From: a virus
Taxonomy: Duplodnaviria; Caudoviricetes
DNA length: 55,873 bases
IMG/VR virus record: IMGVR_UViG_3300025128_000048
Span: 1 to 55,873 of that record
Strand: one strand, 5' to 3'
The notes beneath the pieces are model-generated. The model did no database searches and had not been told where the DNA came from. It saw only the letters and a list, made by a program, of their open reading frames with translations. Shown here one piece after another: positions 43,855-53,429 of this stretch (position 1 is the first letter of the stretch; each line of letters opens with the position of its first letter). Position numbers and translations under genes: made by a program.

Positions 43855-44512
43855 CACTTTTCTCTTTCGGCACTTCAATAAAATTCATATTCATGCTGAA
43901 AGACCTACGCTCACCCTTTGTGTAAAAAGGATAAACGCAGTGAAATAGTTGTGATGGAAATACGTAGAAGTCACCTACTTGTGGTTTTATTATAAAGTTT
44001 GTACAGGTATAGCCTGAAGCTGTTCCGTATGCAAACTGTATATGTCCGTTAGCAGGATGATGATCTTTGTAATCTTCTTCCCATTCTTCCTCTATTCCAT
44101 CAGGAAGTTTTAAATAACCCACACAAGATAATCTAGCACCCGTGTGAATATGTAATGGATTATATTCATTTTCAAACTGACGTACAAACCAACCTGAAGC
44201 TATTTGTAATCCATAGTTGTTATTTTCTGTATCTAAAGTTTTTGCACCCATAGAGTTTCTATATTCTGTATAGTTTTGATATTTGCCTACAAACTGCCCT
44301 AAACCTTCTTGAGCAATACGTACAATCTCATCATCAAAAGCTAACTCTTCAGAAACTTTACCTACAAGTTGATCAGAGTAGTCTTCTAGTCTGGCAGACA
44401 TTCTATCATTTAGTTTATCTACCAACTCATCTGGCATACGATAATATCCCATCGTAGGCCCAAAGGGTGCAAATAACTGCGTGTCTTTTTCAGGAGTAAA
44501 GATGATACTCAT
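43844..44512 (-). CDS. 2OG-Fe(II) oxygenase-family protein
   Basis: YNPLHIH...FPSQLFHCVYPF...ERRSFSMN. Confidence 0.8.
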   Translation of the reverse strand: MSIIFTPEKDTQLFAPFGPTMGYYRMPDELVDKLNDRMSARLEDYSDQLVGKVSEELAFDDEIVRIAQEGLGQFVGKYQNYTEYRNSMGAKTLDTENNNYGLQIASGWFVRQFENEYNPLHIHTGARLSCVGYLKLPDGIEEEWEEDYKDHHPANGHIQFAYGTASGYTCTNFIIKPQVGDFYVFPSQLFHCVYPFYTKGERRSFSMNMNFIEVPKEKSVDK

Positions 44513-45384
44513 CGTGCTGACCCTGAAATGTCGTAAATAAATTTACCACTGCGTATCGCTTCCATAATGTTATCCGCTTCTTTTTCATATTGTTGCGGTG
44601 ACATTTTTTGAACGTCTGACTCTTTTAAGTAATTAGTCGTTTCGTCCTGTTGTGGCTTACTACGTGTGTTTTTAGTGGCTACAGATTTAGCTGCTGCTTT
44701 ATCTGACTTAGGCTTTTCTTTAATACCCATGTCAGCCTTGTACAAGTCAATAGCTCTAGCAGCAGAACGTGCATCGTTGTCATTGTCATACAGTGCATCT
44801 TGTACCCACTTAGGCTGTTCTTCTGCCCAGTTGTGAAACTCGTCACTGTCACGTATCTCACCAAAGTCAGGGTGCATACGCATTAGTTCTGCTTCTGCTT
44901 TTTCTTTTGTCGCAGTAGTCTGTAGCTCATCAATTGCCTTCATGCGTTCTTCAAGAGCAGTAGATTGCTCTTTAGCTTTCTTCATGGCAATTGTCTCAAC
45001 TATAGCTGCTACATCTGGGTAGTCTGCTGCCCACTGTTCAATGTCCTCATCAGACTTAGGCAGTTTCATTTCTTTCTGTGCAGCTTGACTTAGTTGACTT
45101 TTAAGACTTTCAATCTCTTTCTTAAAATCTTCAGCTTGCTGTTGTTGATGTCTACGCAGATCAGAGTAACGCTTTTTAAATGTTTTCTCTTCTGCATTAG
45201 TAGGTTCAGCTTCTTCGGGTTCAGCAGCTTCTTGTTCTACTTCTCCCTTCTGTTCCTTTATCAACTGTTCTAGTTCTTCTTCTTCCATCTTGCGTTTTTC
45301 TTCGTTAGTGTACTTACGATTTGCAAACGCAACTTTTCTTTGCGGCTTCATTTCTTCAGCCATGATTGTAGCTTCTTCAGCCAT
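44509..45384 (-). CDS. Capsid scaffolding protein
   Basis: Acidic coiled-coil; FKKRYSDLRRH; HPDF; C-terminal IMEAIRSGKF; RBS AAGGA before ATG 45384. Confidence 0.75.
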   Translation of the reverse strand: MAEEATIMAEEMKPQRKVAFANRKYTNEEKRKMEEEELEQLIKEQKGEVEQEAAEPEEAEPTNAEEKTFKKRYSDLRRHQQQQAEDFKKEIESLKSQLSQAAQKEMKLPKSDEDIEQWAADYPDVAAIVETIAMKKAKEQSTALEERMKAIDELQTTATKEKAEAELMRMHPDFGEIRDSDEFHNWAEEQPKWVQDALYDNDNDARSAARAIDLYKADMGIKEKPKSDKAAAKSVATKNTRSKPQQDETTNYLKESDVQKMSPQQYEKEADNIMEAIRSGKFIYDISGSAR

Positions 45385-45397
45385 TGTACTTCCTTTC

Positions 45398-45442
45398 GTT
45401 GGGGCCAACCGTAGCCACGGGGTGGGGGATTAGGTAGCCAAC
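45398..45442 (-). promoter_or_regulatory. Candidate structured RNA leader of the scaffold gene
   Basis: GUUGG/CCAAC enclosing the hairpin CCG[UGGCUA]CGG. Confidence 0.5.
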
Positions 45443-45463
45443 ATATTGTAAGATTTAAGCCTC

Positions 45464-47206
45464 TTACGCAGCTTCTTGACGTACTTCTCTGTATCTACCG
45501 TGAACAATATATGTATTATCTTCAGTATATACGTTGAAGCTATTACCATCAATTACGATGGATACCGTTGGTGTCATGCGGTCAATATAATTTAGGGATG
45601 TAACTTTAATACCATTAATAGTGTCTCCTACTACTAACTGTTCTGGAACTATCCAGTCAGCTTTACCAAGACCGCCAGACTTAGCCCATACAGGATGGTC
45701 ATTCGTAATTTCAAGTTCGTTGTTAATTACAAAGTAACCGCTACGCATATGCTTGTGCAGAACTTCTTTCACAACATAACCATCAATCATGTCATCAACT
45801 TTGATGTTTGTTACAAAGTCAATTACACCGTTAAGTTTGACTTTCATGTTTTCTGTCAAGCAGTCTGTGCCTGAACCAAGACCAACATCACCCTGATCCG
45901 TCATACCTTGACCTGCTCTGCCACCTCTATCACCTTGATCGCCTCTATCTTCACCTTCTCTACTGTAGTCACCAAACGCAGTAAAGTCTCTAGCCGTTCC
46001 AGCCGCCTGTTTTGCTTGTTCTTTCATTGCTTCTATTCTTGCTTTTTCAGCTTTCTTAGCTGCTGATCGTCTTTCTGCTAATTCCCGTAAACCTTCTCTT
46101 GCTCTTTCTGCCTTCTCTTTTATTTCTTCATCTTTTTTTGCCTTTTCCTCTGTAGACATACTAACTCTATCAAAGAAAGAGGTAAAACTATCAAATACAG
46201 GTTGACCGAATTGATCTTTTGCTATACTACCATCTGAATTACGAGCCATACCATCTGGACCCATAACAGCACCCGGCATACCCGGTACTGCATCACCCAT
46301 TTCATATCCTACATATCCTGTTGGTGTAATACCCATGCCATTTATAACATCTAGACGTGCTTGAATTTGAGAGGATGTTAATGCGACACGCCCATATTGT
46401 TTTCTATCCGTAGGAGACATGCTCCCGAAAGGGGTCTTTTGACCAGAGGAATCTAAATTAGCAGTGAGTGTATCATAATCAAGAAATCCCGTGCCAGCCA
46501 TAGGTTCTTCTCCAAATGCATACCCCATACTTCCGGGTCTATCTTTTTGAAAACCTAGTTTATCTGCACCTACTTTACCTGCAACATTTAAAGCAAGGCC
46601 CGGTAAACCACCTGAAACTGCCGAAGCAAATGTTCCTAACATGCCTATATCTGCACCTCTAACTCCTGTAGCTCCATATATATCTGCACCCGCTTTAGTT
46701 GCTTCGTTTGAGTCTTTGTATGAAACGCCGCTATACTCAAAAGTAGTGTCTTCTCTGCCGCCCCCATCTTGTTGTGCAACTGTCGTAGGTTGTTGTTGTG
46801 TAACTTGAGTTGTTTGCACAGCAGCGGCTGGATCTCCCTCTGTATATCCGGGTGGTATAGGATAAATAGGATTACCGCCTATAAATGGTATCCGTAAAGT
46901 TTGACCTGCTTCATTTGAATACGTTCTTAATTCATCGTATCTACCCGGAGTAGATGTTCCTAGTTGATCAACAAAACTTGTAGTCGTTGTTGGAGTACCC
47001 ACTGTCGGCACTGTTACCGTAGGCACGTTTGGTACATTAGGGGTAACTGGCTGAGTGCCGGGTAAAGGTGGCGGTGTGTACGTAGGAACTTGGGATTGTA
47101 TTTGAAAAGTACCGGGCTGTTGCATGTTAAATGTTCCAGTCTGTGGATTTACAACCCCACCAGTTTGAAAAGCTAAAACTGTTTGATCTTTTAATGTTTT
47201 ACTCAT
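45464..47206 (-). CDS. Putative internal virion protein with C-terminal Hint domain
   Basis: Block A CLTENMKV, block B ITNDHPVW, EQLVVGD, terminal YIVHG. Confidence 0.7.
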   Translation of the reverse strand: MSKTLKDQTVLAFQTGGVVNPQTGTFNMQQPGTFQIQSQVPTYTPPPLPGTQPVTPNVPNVPTVTVPTVGTPTTTTSFVDQLGTSTPGRYDELRTYSNEAGQTLRIPFIGGNPIYPIPPGYTEGDPAAAVQTTQVTQQQPTTVAQQDGGGREDTTFEYSGVSYKDSNEATKAGADIYGATGVRGADIGMLGTFASAVSGGLPGLALNVAGKVGADKLGFQKDRPGSMGYAFGEEPMAGTGFLDYDTLTANLDSSGQKTPFGSMSPTDRKQYGRVALTSSQIQARLDVINGMGITPTGYVGYEMGDAVPGMPGAVMGPDGMARNSDGSIAKDQFGQPVFDSFTSFFDRVSMSTEEKAKKDEEIKEKAERAREGLRELAERRSAAKKAEKARIEAMKEQAKQAAGTARDFTAFGDYSREGEDRGDQGDRGGRAGQGMTDQGDVGLGSGTDCLTENMKVKLNGVIDFVTNIKVDDMIDGYVVKEVLHKHMRSGYFVINNELEITNDHPVWAKSGGLGKADWIVPEQLVVGDTINGIKVTSLNYIDRMTPTVSIVIDGNSFNVYTEDNTYIVHGRYREVRQEAA

Positions 47207-48009
47207 GCTGGCCTCACTTGTATTTTATCTCGCATAGAATCCGGTATTGTTGATAAATCTGCTATATAACCTGTCTGATTATTAAAAGTTACAAAACCGC
47301 CTTTGTCATCTCGCGGATCTTTCATGGTAGGCATACCGCCCTGAGACATATTATTATCATCTTCAATGTCTAAATCATACATATCAAATGGCAAGTCATC
47401 TGGCATAGTAGCTTCTTCACTGTTGCCCATCTGACCCATAGCTTCCATCTGTGCCAAACCTTGCTTTGCTTCTTGACGCATACGCATTAAGTTTTCAAGA
47501 CCGATGTAACGCACTACATCTGCAGGGAATACAAACTCACCCTCGCTAAGTTGGGCAGGGATGTCATCACGTACTTCTTCTCTTAATGAACCGGATGGTA
47601 CATCATTGCCAGACTCTTCGTCAATCATACCGCCCTCATCAAGTAGGCCACCCTCGTTTAAATTGTACTCATTTTTAAGTTTCTTGTATTCCTCTACAAA
47701 TGCACGTTTTTCTTCATCAGACATGTCGGCAGTTTTACCAGTGGTAAGCATACGCTGCATTTCTTTAAAACGAGTTCTAGCACCTAACTCTTCTTCCAAA
47801 CCCTGCATACCATACGCAGCAGCATCTTCTGCTGCTTGTTGTGGAGTTTTACCCTCGCTAGTAGGAGCAGCTTTTCTTTCTCTTTCTAGACGCTTTGCCA
47901 TTTCTTCAGGCATGTTACCATCTCTAGTAATTGTACCCTCTTCTGTTTTTTCAACAGAAAAGCCGCGATTACCAAAAAGTTCCATTTGCTCCGCTACTTG
48001 TTTAGCCAT
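47203..48009 (-). CDS. Putative virion protein with DDIPAQLSEGEFV domain
   Basis: Motif familiar from tape-measure and internal virion proteins; three xxGG motifs. Confidence 0.65.
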   Translation of the reverse strand: MAKQVAEQMELFGNRGFSVEKTEEGTITRDGNMPEEMAKRLERERKAAPTSEGKTPQQAAEDAAAYGMQGLEEELGARTRFKEMQRMLTTGKTADMSDEEKRAFVEEYKKLKNEYNLNEGGLLDEGGMIDEESGNDVPSGSLREEVRDDIPAQLSEGEFVFPADVVRYIGLENLMRMRQEAKQGLAQMEAMGQMGNSEEATMPDDLPFDMYDLDIEDDNNMSQGGMPTMKDPRDDKGGFVTFNNQTGYIADLSTIPDSMRDKIQVRPA

Positions 48010-48244
48010 TTATTTCGTCCCTTATCATTTTAAGTCTACGTAAAGCTGCCACAGCACCCTGTGATCTATGCATTATAATAGCGTTATCTGATTGCTCTAA
48101 CGCACGTTGTTGTTGTTCTATAAGAAGGTCAATATAACTATTGAACGCTTCCCATTGCTGCTTGTTGTTCACCAGCGGCTTGAGGCTGCTGAGTACCTGC
48201 TTGTGGTTGAGGTTGTTGTGCATTTCCACTAAATCCTTGTTCAC
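48002..48244 (-). CDS. Small conserved protein following the portal
   Basis: HRSQGAVAALRRL motif; start uncertain. Confidence 0.65.
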   Translation of the reverse strand: MNKDLVEMHNNLNHKQVLSSLKPLVNNKQQWEAFNSYIDLLIEQQQRALEQSDNAIIMHRSQGAVAALRRLKMIRDEING

Positions 48245-50282
48245 CCGGTACAGGAGCTTGTCCCATACCTATGTTACCGCCGCCAGCACCAGTTGGGTCC
48301 ATAGCATCTGCACCAGCAGGTGCGCCCGGTTGTGGCTGATCACCTTGGAACTGTTTCATTAGTTCTGCTTGCAGGGCGGCTTCACTCATATTGTTGGTAA
48401 CTTTGTCGGGATCTAAATCCATTGACTTAGCAATCTCACGAATGATATATTGGAATTTAGCAAAGGGTGCTAGTGCAGGGCTACTTGCTATTTGTAAGAA
48501 CTGCATCAAGCGTTGACTACGCACTTCATTCTTCATAAGGCTTTCTGTGCCACGTGCCTTAACTTCTAAGTCACCTTTTATTTCTTTGTCAAAATCAAAC
48601 TGCATGTTGAAACGAAAGAAACCCTCTCCAAGTGGACGGAGAAGGTAATCGTCAACATTCTTAATAACTGTTTTAATATGCCCACTAGCTGCACCCATCA
48701 GCATAGATATGCCAGAGGCTGTGCGTCCTACACCCGTCACACCTGTCTGACCATGAGAAAAGCTAGGTAGTCCGGTGCTTTCATCAGCAAGCTGTCTAGC
48801 TTTGTCAAATAGCTGCATATTTTCTGAAGACACATTTGGAAACTTAGTACCAAAGATAGCCTGTCCCGGTGCGCCAGATTGTCTACGGAATACTTTACCC
48901 GGATAGATAGACATGTCCTGACCCGGCACTAGATTAGTCTCATCTACTTCTATAAGCAGATTGCCTGATAATACAGCATTGTCTACAGCCATACGCATAA
49001 AACCATTCATCAGCGTTTGAGTATCGTCCATGTTTTCTGCGATACCAATGCCAAAGAATGAGTATGGGTTTAGTTCATACGGCGCAGCACAGTATGGTAT
49101 CTTAGCTGGCTTAAATGGATTAAGCACCATGCGCAATAGTTTGTTATTACACACCCATACGTTTGCTTGCAGTTCATCAAAATCTTTTAGTTCATCTGGT
49201 ATATCAACACCCTGCTCTTCCAGCATGTCTGTATCTACCATACCCCAATACTCAAGAACTTCAAAACGCTCTATACCATGCTCTGGTGCATAGTCCGTTA
49301 AATCATCTTCCCAATATTTTTTGTTATAGTTTTCTCCCATTGCGATACACTCATCAATTACAGTGTCGCGGAAGTATGGACGCTTTTTTAGACCACGTAG
49401 TTGTGATCTTGACATCTTATGTCTTTCAATTACAAACTGTGCCTCATCCATGTTGTTGGCATCTGGATCTGGATAAAAGTTCCAGCATGACACATGGGAT
49501 ACCTGTGGCACTGTTTTGAACAACGGGTCATATTCACCATCATCCCCCCAGTTAGGATATTCTTTGTCTGTAGCAAACGGGCCTTTCATAATACCTGTAC
49601 CAAACAACGCCATCTCAAAAGCACTGCTACGTAAGTTTTTATTAGCACCCGACTCTTCTAGCTGATCGTGTATTTTCTTTTGCATCTTCTTAGCCGCAAC
49701 CATAGCTGGGCTAAACTCAATAGCTGTTGGTGTTTTACCGGGGCCAGCTTTAAGTTGATCAGATACACCTTCTAGTTTATTCTGGAATACACCTAGCTTT
49801 TCTTGGAGCGATCTTTCCGTAGCCCCTTTAGGAAACTCTTTACCATCGTCTGCAAATCCATAAGGCGATTCCAAATCGGCATCACCACGCAGTTCTTCAG
49901 GTTCTTTAGGATCAAAGTGAACGTCTTCCACAACTCCTTCAGGAAGCTCAGTGGGTTCAATAGACAAAGGGAACTTGTTGTTAGCAAAAAGGACATCCAC
50001 GATTTGACTGTATGCAGCCAATGTTTTGGTTTTAGTAACTTTGATAAATACACGCGACTTCTCCGCTTCTGTAAATTGCACATCTGGACTATACAATCCG
50101 CGATAATTACGATAGGCTCTTAGCCATCTTGATTCATCCTGATACCTATAATCTTCTGCGCGATTGTACCGTTCTACAATGAATGGAATAATGCTAGATA
50201 CATCACTATCTTCAACTTCTGACTCATCTGTATCGTCTAATGCAATAGCATCGTCTTCAATCATAATTTCATCTTCAGCCAT
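48138..50282 (-). CDS. Portal protein
   Basis: 714 aa after TerL; FGTGIMKGP; FYPDP; RTASGISML. Confidence 0.9.
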   Translation of the reverse strand: MAEDEIMIEDDAIALDDTDESEVEDSDVSSIIPFIVERYNRAEDYRYQDESRWLRAYRNYRGLYSPDVQFTEAEKSRVFIKVTKTKTLAAYSQIVDVLFANNKFPLSIEPTELPEGVVEDVHFDPKEPEELRGDADLESPYGFADDGKEFPKGATERSLQEKLGVFQNKLEGVSDQLKAGPGKTPTAIEFSPAMVAAKKMQKKIHDQLEESGANKNLRSSAFEMALFGTGIMKGPFATDKEYPNWGDDGEYDPLFKTVPQVSHVSCWNFYPDPDANNMDEAQFVIERHKMSRSQLRGLKKRPYFRDTVIDECIAMGENYNKKYWEDDLTDYAPEHGIERFEVLEYWGMVDTDMLEEQGVDIPDELKDFDELQANVWVCNNKLLRMVLNPFKPAKIPYCAAPYELNPYSFFGIGIAENMDDTQTLMNGFMRMAVDNAVLSGNLLIEVDETNLVPGQDMSIYPGKVFRRQSGAPGQAIFGTKFPNVSSENMQLFDKARQLADESTGLPSFSHGQTGVTGVGRTASGISMLMGAASGHIKTVIKNVDDYLLRPLGEGFFRFNMQFDFDKEIKGDLEVKARGTESLMKNEVRSQRLMQFLQIASSPALAPFAKFQYIIREIAKSMDLDPDKVTNNMSEAALQAELMKQFQGDQPQPGAPAGADAMDPTGAGGGNIGMGQAPVPGEQGFSGNAQQPQPQAGTQQPQAAGEQQAAMGSVQ

Positions 50283-50299
50283 TATACTTCCTTTACTTC

Positions 50300-51859
50300 T
50301 TAATATCCGAATGTAGAATCGGCTACCTGCATACCCACGCTGGGTCTGCCCATAGGATCATAATCAAATATACTAAATCTTGGTCTAGACATTATACCAT
50401 ATCTTAACGCATCATACAAGTGGTCTTCACTCTTTGTATCCACGTCTTCCGGGTTTTTCTTATCCAACGGTATGGCGGGTAATTGGGATATGACATGTGA
50501 GCAAGTATTAAAGAAAACAAGTCTAGGTTCCTCTGTAAATTCGTCTATCTGTAAACGCCTATGTATTTCGTTTTTGCCAGCTACCCGGCTACCTCTACTT
50601 CTATCTGATGGACGCCAACGGCAACCCTTACTAATCATTTGTTCTGCCAGAGAAGGACCAGTATCGCCACGTTTATGCCACAGAGAGCTATCCAAAACAC
50701 CGTACTTAATATTACCATCTTCCGCTTCCACATCCAGAATCATATCTGCCAAGTCTGTGGCAAGGACTTTAGAAACGTAGAGTTCTCTATATACCACAAG
50801 TTGTTCGCTAGGCGCAACGGCAAACCAAATAACACCACTATAGCTACCGTAGCCATAATCGCAAGCGCGAAACTTAACCCAGTTACTAGGTATACGATAA
50901 GGTTCAACAACATGAACCCGCCTATCAAACTCAGTAAACGCTGCTCCTTCTTTAATATCCCAATCGCCTTCAAGAAGTTGCCTTCTTTGTTGCTCTGGTA
51001 GTGAGAGAAGCATGGCTTCGTAATCACCTGCTTGCGCAAGGTATGGGTTATCAGAAAGTCTCGCTGGAATAAATCTTCTTTTAAATAAAGGTTTTCCTGC
51101 CTTGCTATGTCCTGCTGGATACCGTAGGACTTCGGTTGTTTCAATATCGGTTGCATCAAAGGCTCTATTATACGCTGCAGGGTCAATGAACATCTTCTTA
51201 ACCCACTGATGACCTCTGCCGCCGGGGTTGGTCGTAGCCCTCATAAAAATTGGCAAGTCGCTTGCAGTGGACCGTAGACGTGACCGCATGTAATTCCATG
51301 CATACGGTGTGGCCCATTGTGTCAACTCGTCAAAGCCTATCCAGCTAAAAGCCAGACCCTGATAGCGCAAGACATCTTCATCCCTGTCTAGGTAAGACAT
51401 CCACAACCTTGCACCAGATGGCGCAGTCCACTGCATCTTTCTTTCTGACCACTTTATACCGGGCCAGATTTTTGGGTACAACTCCTGCGACTTAAATATA
51501 AGTTCGCGCAACTCCTCTGTGGTGTGTCGCAGCAGAAGCCCACTAAACTGTGGATGCCCCATGTATCGCAAAGGGTCTGCAAGCATGGCATAACTTTTGC
51601 CACCACCTGCAGAACCACCGTACAAAACTTCTCGTTCACTTGCAGCCAAGAACTCCGTCTGTGGTCCGGGGTTTGGCTTGAACAACACATTAGCATGTTC
51701 TTCTATGCTCTGTGTTTCATATGAAACTTCTTTTACTTTAGCTGCTGGCTCTGGAGCCTGTTCTTTGGCTACTGATTTCTTCCGCTTTGGCGATTGCCTT
51801 TTCCGCATACTCTGCCCACTTGCGGAGGCTTGCAGCTTGATTCTTACGTCTTCGCTCAT
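50300..51859 (-). CDS. terL: Terminase large subunit
   Basis: Walker A YGGSAGGGKS; FDELTQ; TTNPGG; DYGY; DHLYDALRY; start uncertain. Confidence 0.95.
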   Translation of the reverse strand: MSEDVRIKLQASASGQSMRKRQSPKRKKSVAKEQAPEPAAKVKEVSYETQSIEEHANVLFKPNPGPQTEFLAASEREVLYGGSAGGGKSYAMLADPLRYMGHPQFSGLLLRHTTEELRELIFKSQELYPKIWPGIKWSERKMQWTAPSGARLWMSYLDRDEDVLRYQGLAFSWIGFDELTQWATPYAWNYMRSRLRSTASDLPIFMRATTNPGGRGHQWVKKMFIDPAAYNRAFDATDIETTEVLRYPAGHSKAGKPLFKRRFIPARLSDNPYLAQAGDYEAMLLSLPEQQRRQLLEGDWDIKEGAAFTEFDRRVHVVEPYRIPSNWVKFRACDYGYGSYSGVIWFAVAPSEQLVVYRELYVSKVLATDLADMILDVEAEDGNIKYGVLDSSLWHKRGDTGPSLAEQMISKGCRWRPSDRSRGSRVAGKNEIHRRLQIDEFTEEPRLVFFNTCSHVISQLPAIPLDKKNPEDVDTKSEDHLYDALRYGIMSRPRFSIFDYDPMGRPSVGMQVADSTFGY

Positions 51860-52138
51860 TAGTTAACCGTTTCCTCAAACCTACATGCGAGATGTATCTG
51901 CCAGTCTGCGTACTCAACCAGTTTGCTACTTCACGATAGCTGTATTGATTTACGTGTGACCTAGCTTTCTCTAGCAAATCCAATTCTATTGGTATAGGTT
52001 GAAGAATGTCGGGGTCTTCATCATCCTGTTTATATCCGAATGGCACTGTACGTGCAATACGTGGAATAGCTATCCACTCGTTTTCTTCTTTGATGTCTGT
52101 TGGCTGTGGTAGCTTCCACTTGCCTATGCTTCTACTCA
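51738..52138 (-). CDS. Putative DNA-binding (HTH-like) packaging-region protein
   Basis: VPFGY...SYREVANWLS...ISHVGLRKR; RBS before ATG 52138. Confidence 0.65.
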
Positions 52139-52506
52139 TCGTCCTCAACAGGTGCTTTAGGTGGCATAAGCATAACGCCGCCACTTGCTTCTACCTGCAT
52201 CTTCTCTGTTTTTACTAGACCTACACGGTCAAGCAGTTCTTTTGCTGCAGACATCTTATCACGAATACCCAACTCAGTCGGGTCATACAATGCACCTGTC
52301 ATCGCCATCGCAGCTTTCGGTGCGTTACGTGCCATGTACATTTGTGTTGCCTCAAGGATCTCTTCCTTAATACCTTTAACAATTTCCGAAGTGCTAGAAG
52401 TGTCAGCATACCCCGCCATCTTTTTTGCTACTACCATATCGCCACCTGCCTCTTCAAACAGGACGTTTAGAAATGCTTGTTGCTTTTCTGTGAGTTCTCT
52501 AGCCAT
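52132..52506 (-). CDS. Terminase small subunit-like protein
   Basis: LTEKQQAFL...AKKMAGY...AAKELLDRVG. Confidence 0.65.
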   Translation of the reverse strand: MARELTEKQQAFLNVLFEEAGGDMVVAKKMAGYADTSSTSEIVKGIKEEILEATQMYMARNAPKAAMAMTGALYDPTELGIRDKMSAAKELLDRVGLVKTEKMQVEASGGVMLMPPKAPVEDDE

Positions 52507-52512
52507 TAATTA

Positions 52513-52767
52513 TTACCTTCTACGTGTAGGTCTACGGGTTCTACGTGTGGGTAGTTTCATGCCACCACCAGTTCTTGGCCTACGCACTTTAGGTCGTGTT
52601 GGATCTACTTGAAGTCTTGGCCTACGCACTTTGGGTGGCCTCAGACCCCCACCAGTATCAGATACTCTGGGCTTTGGTATTGACGGACGACCAGCAATTG
52701 CTCTTGCTCTTCGTCTTGTGTTTGCCATTGCTCTTTGTCTAGAAACATTTGATCGTCTTCCTAACAT
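52513..52767 (-). CDS. Arg/Pro-rich protamine-like protein
   Basis: Very Arg-rich; PKVRRPR twice. Confidence 0.55.
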   Translation of the reverse strand: MLGRRSNVSRQRAMANTRRRARAIAGRPSIPKPRVSDTGGGLRPPKVRRPRLQVDPTRPKVRRPRTGGGMKLPTRRTRRPTRRR

Positions 52768-52770
52768 AAT

Positions 52771-52944
52771 TTATTTCCCCTTTTTAATAAATTTTTTGAA
52801 CAACCCGTCCAAATATCTACTATCACCAAATCTTTTTTTATCTGATGGTTTCCCCATATATTGTTGACCAGATGCTGTTTTACTAACTTTAAAAATACCA
52901 CCCTCGCCTTGATACTTTGATTGGTAAGTTTTTGCACTAGCCAT
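52771..52944 (-). CDS. Small basic protein (57 aa, not in track)
   Basis: Reads MASAKTYQSKYQGEGGIFK...FIKKGK; TGATG coupling. Confidence 0.6.
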   Translation of the reverse strand: MASAKTYQSKYQGEGGIFKVSKTASGQQYMGKPSDKKRFGDSRYLDGLFKKFIKKGK

Positions 52945-53429
52945 CAAAACTCTCCATTGTGCATAGCATTAGCTAACTTAGTAGCCCTGCCTTTTACTTG
53001 CTTTGCCCATCTGCTGTCAAGCATCTCCTTTGCTGCAGTAGGAAAGTCTTCAGCTTCTACAGCAGCCCACATCTTCTTAAACTTACACAGTCTAGGCACT
53101 CCCATATTAAATGCCATATCTATTAATATAAGCTGACGTACAGAGTCTAATCTGTCCACGCAAGGGTGCGCACGTACCAGTTCTTCCTCAACAATCTGTA
53201 CGTCATTCGTTGCTAGATAGACCGCATCAGCTTCGGTGATTCCCCATTCATATACGTGATCAATAGATGGTATATCCATCCAGTCAAGCTCTTCCTTGCT
53301 TATACCACGGTCTTCTAGGTTTCGTCCGATACCAATAGTATCAATTCCTAATGTGTCTTTATATACCTGTAATCGCAGACCCTCTGCAACTATAAGTTTT
53401 TCAATTAAATCTTGTCTATCATATTTCAT
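52944..53429 (-). CDS. Endolysin, T4-type lysozyme (GH24)
   Basis: EGLRLQVYKDTLGIDTIGIG; MAFNMG; MLDSRWAKQV..RA. Confidence 0.9.
   Translation of the reverse strand: MKYDRQDLIEKLIVAEGLRLQVYKDTLGIDTIGIGRNLEDRGISKEELDWMDIPSIDHVYEWGITEADAVYLATNDVQIVEEELVRAHPCVDRLDSVRQLILIDMAFNMGVPRLCKFKKMWAAVEAEDFPTAAKEMLDSRWAKQVKGRATKLANAMHNGEF

Noticed and set aside
45464-45862. Canonical selfish intein
   Set aside because: No endonuclease domain, no terminal Asn/Gln, no +1 nucleophile and almost no C-extein.
51689-51859. Programmed frameshift fusing the upstream ORF to TerL
   Set aside because: The overlap is long, but I found no clear slippery heptamer and in-frame downstream starts exist.
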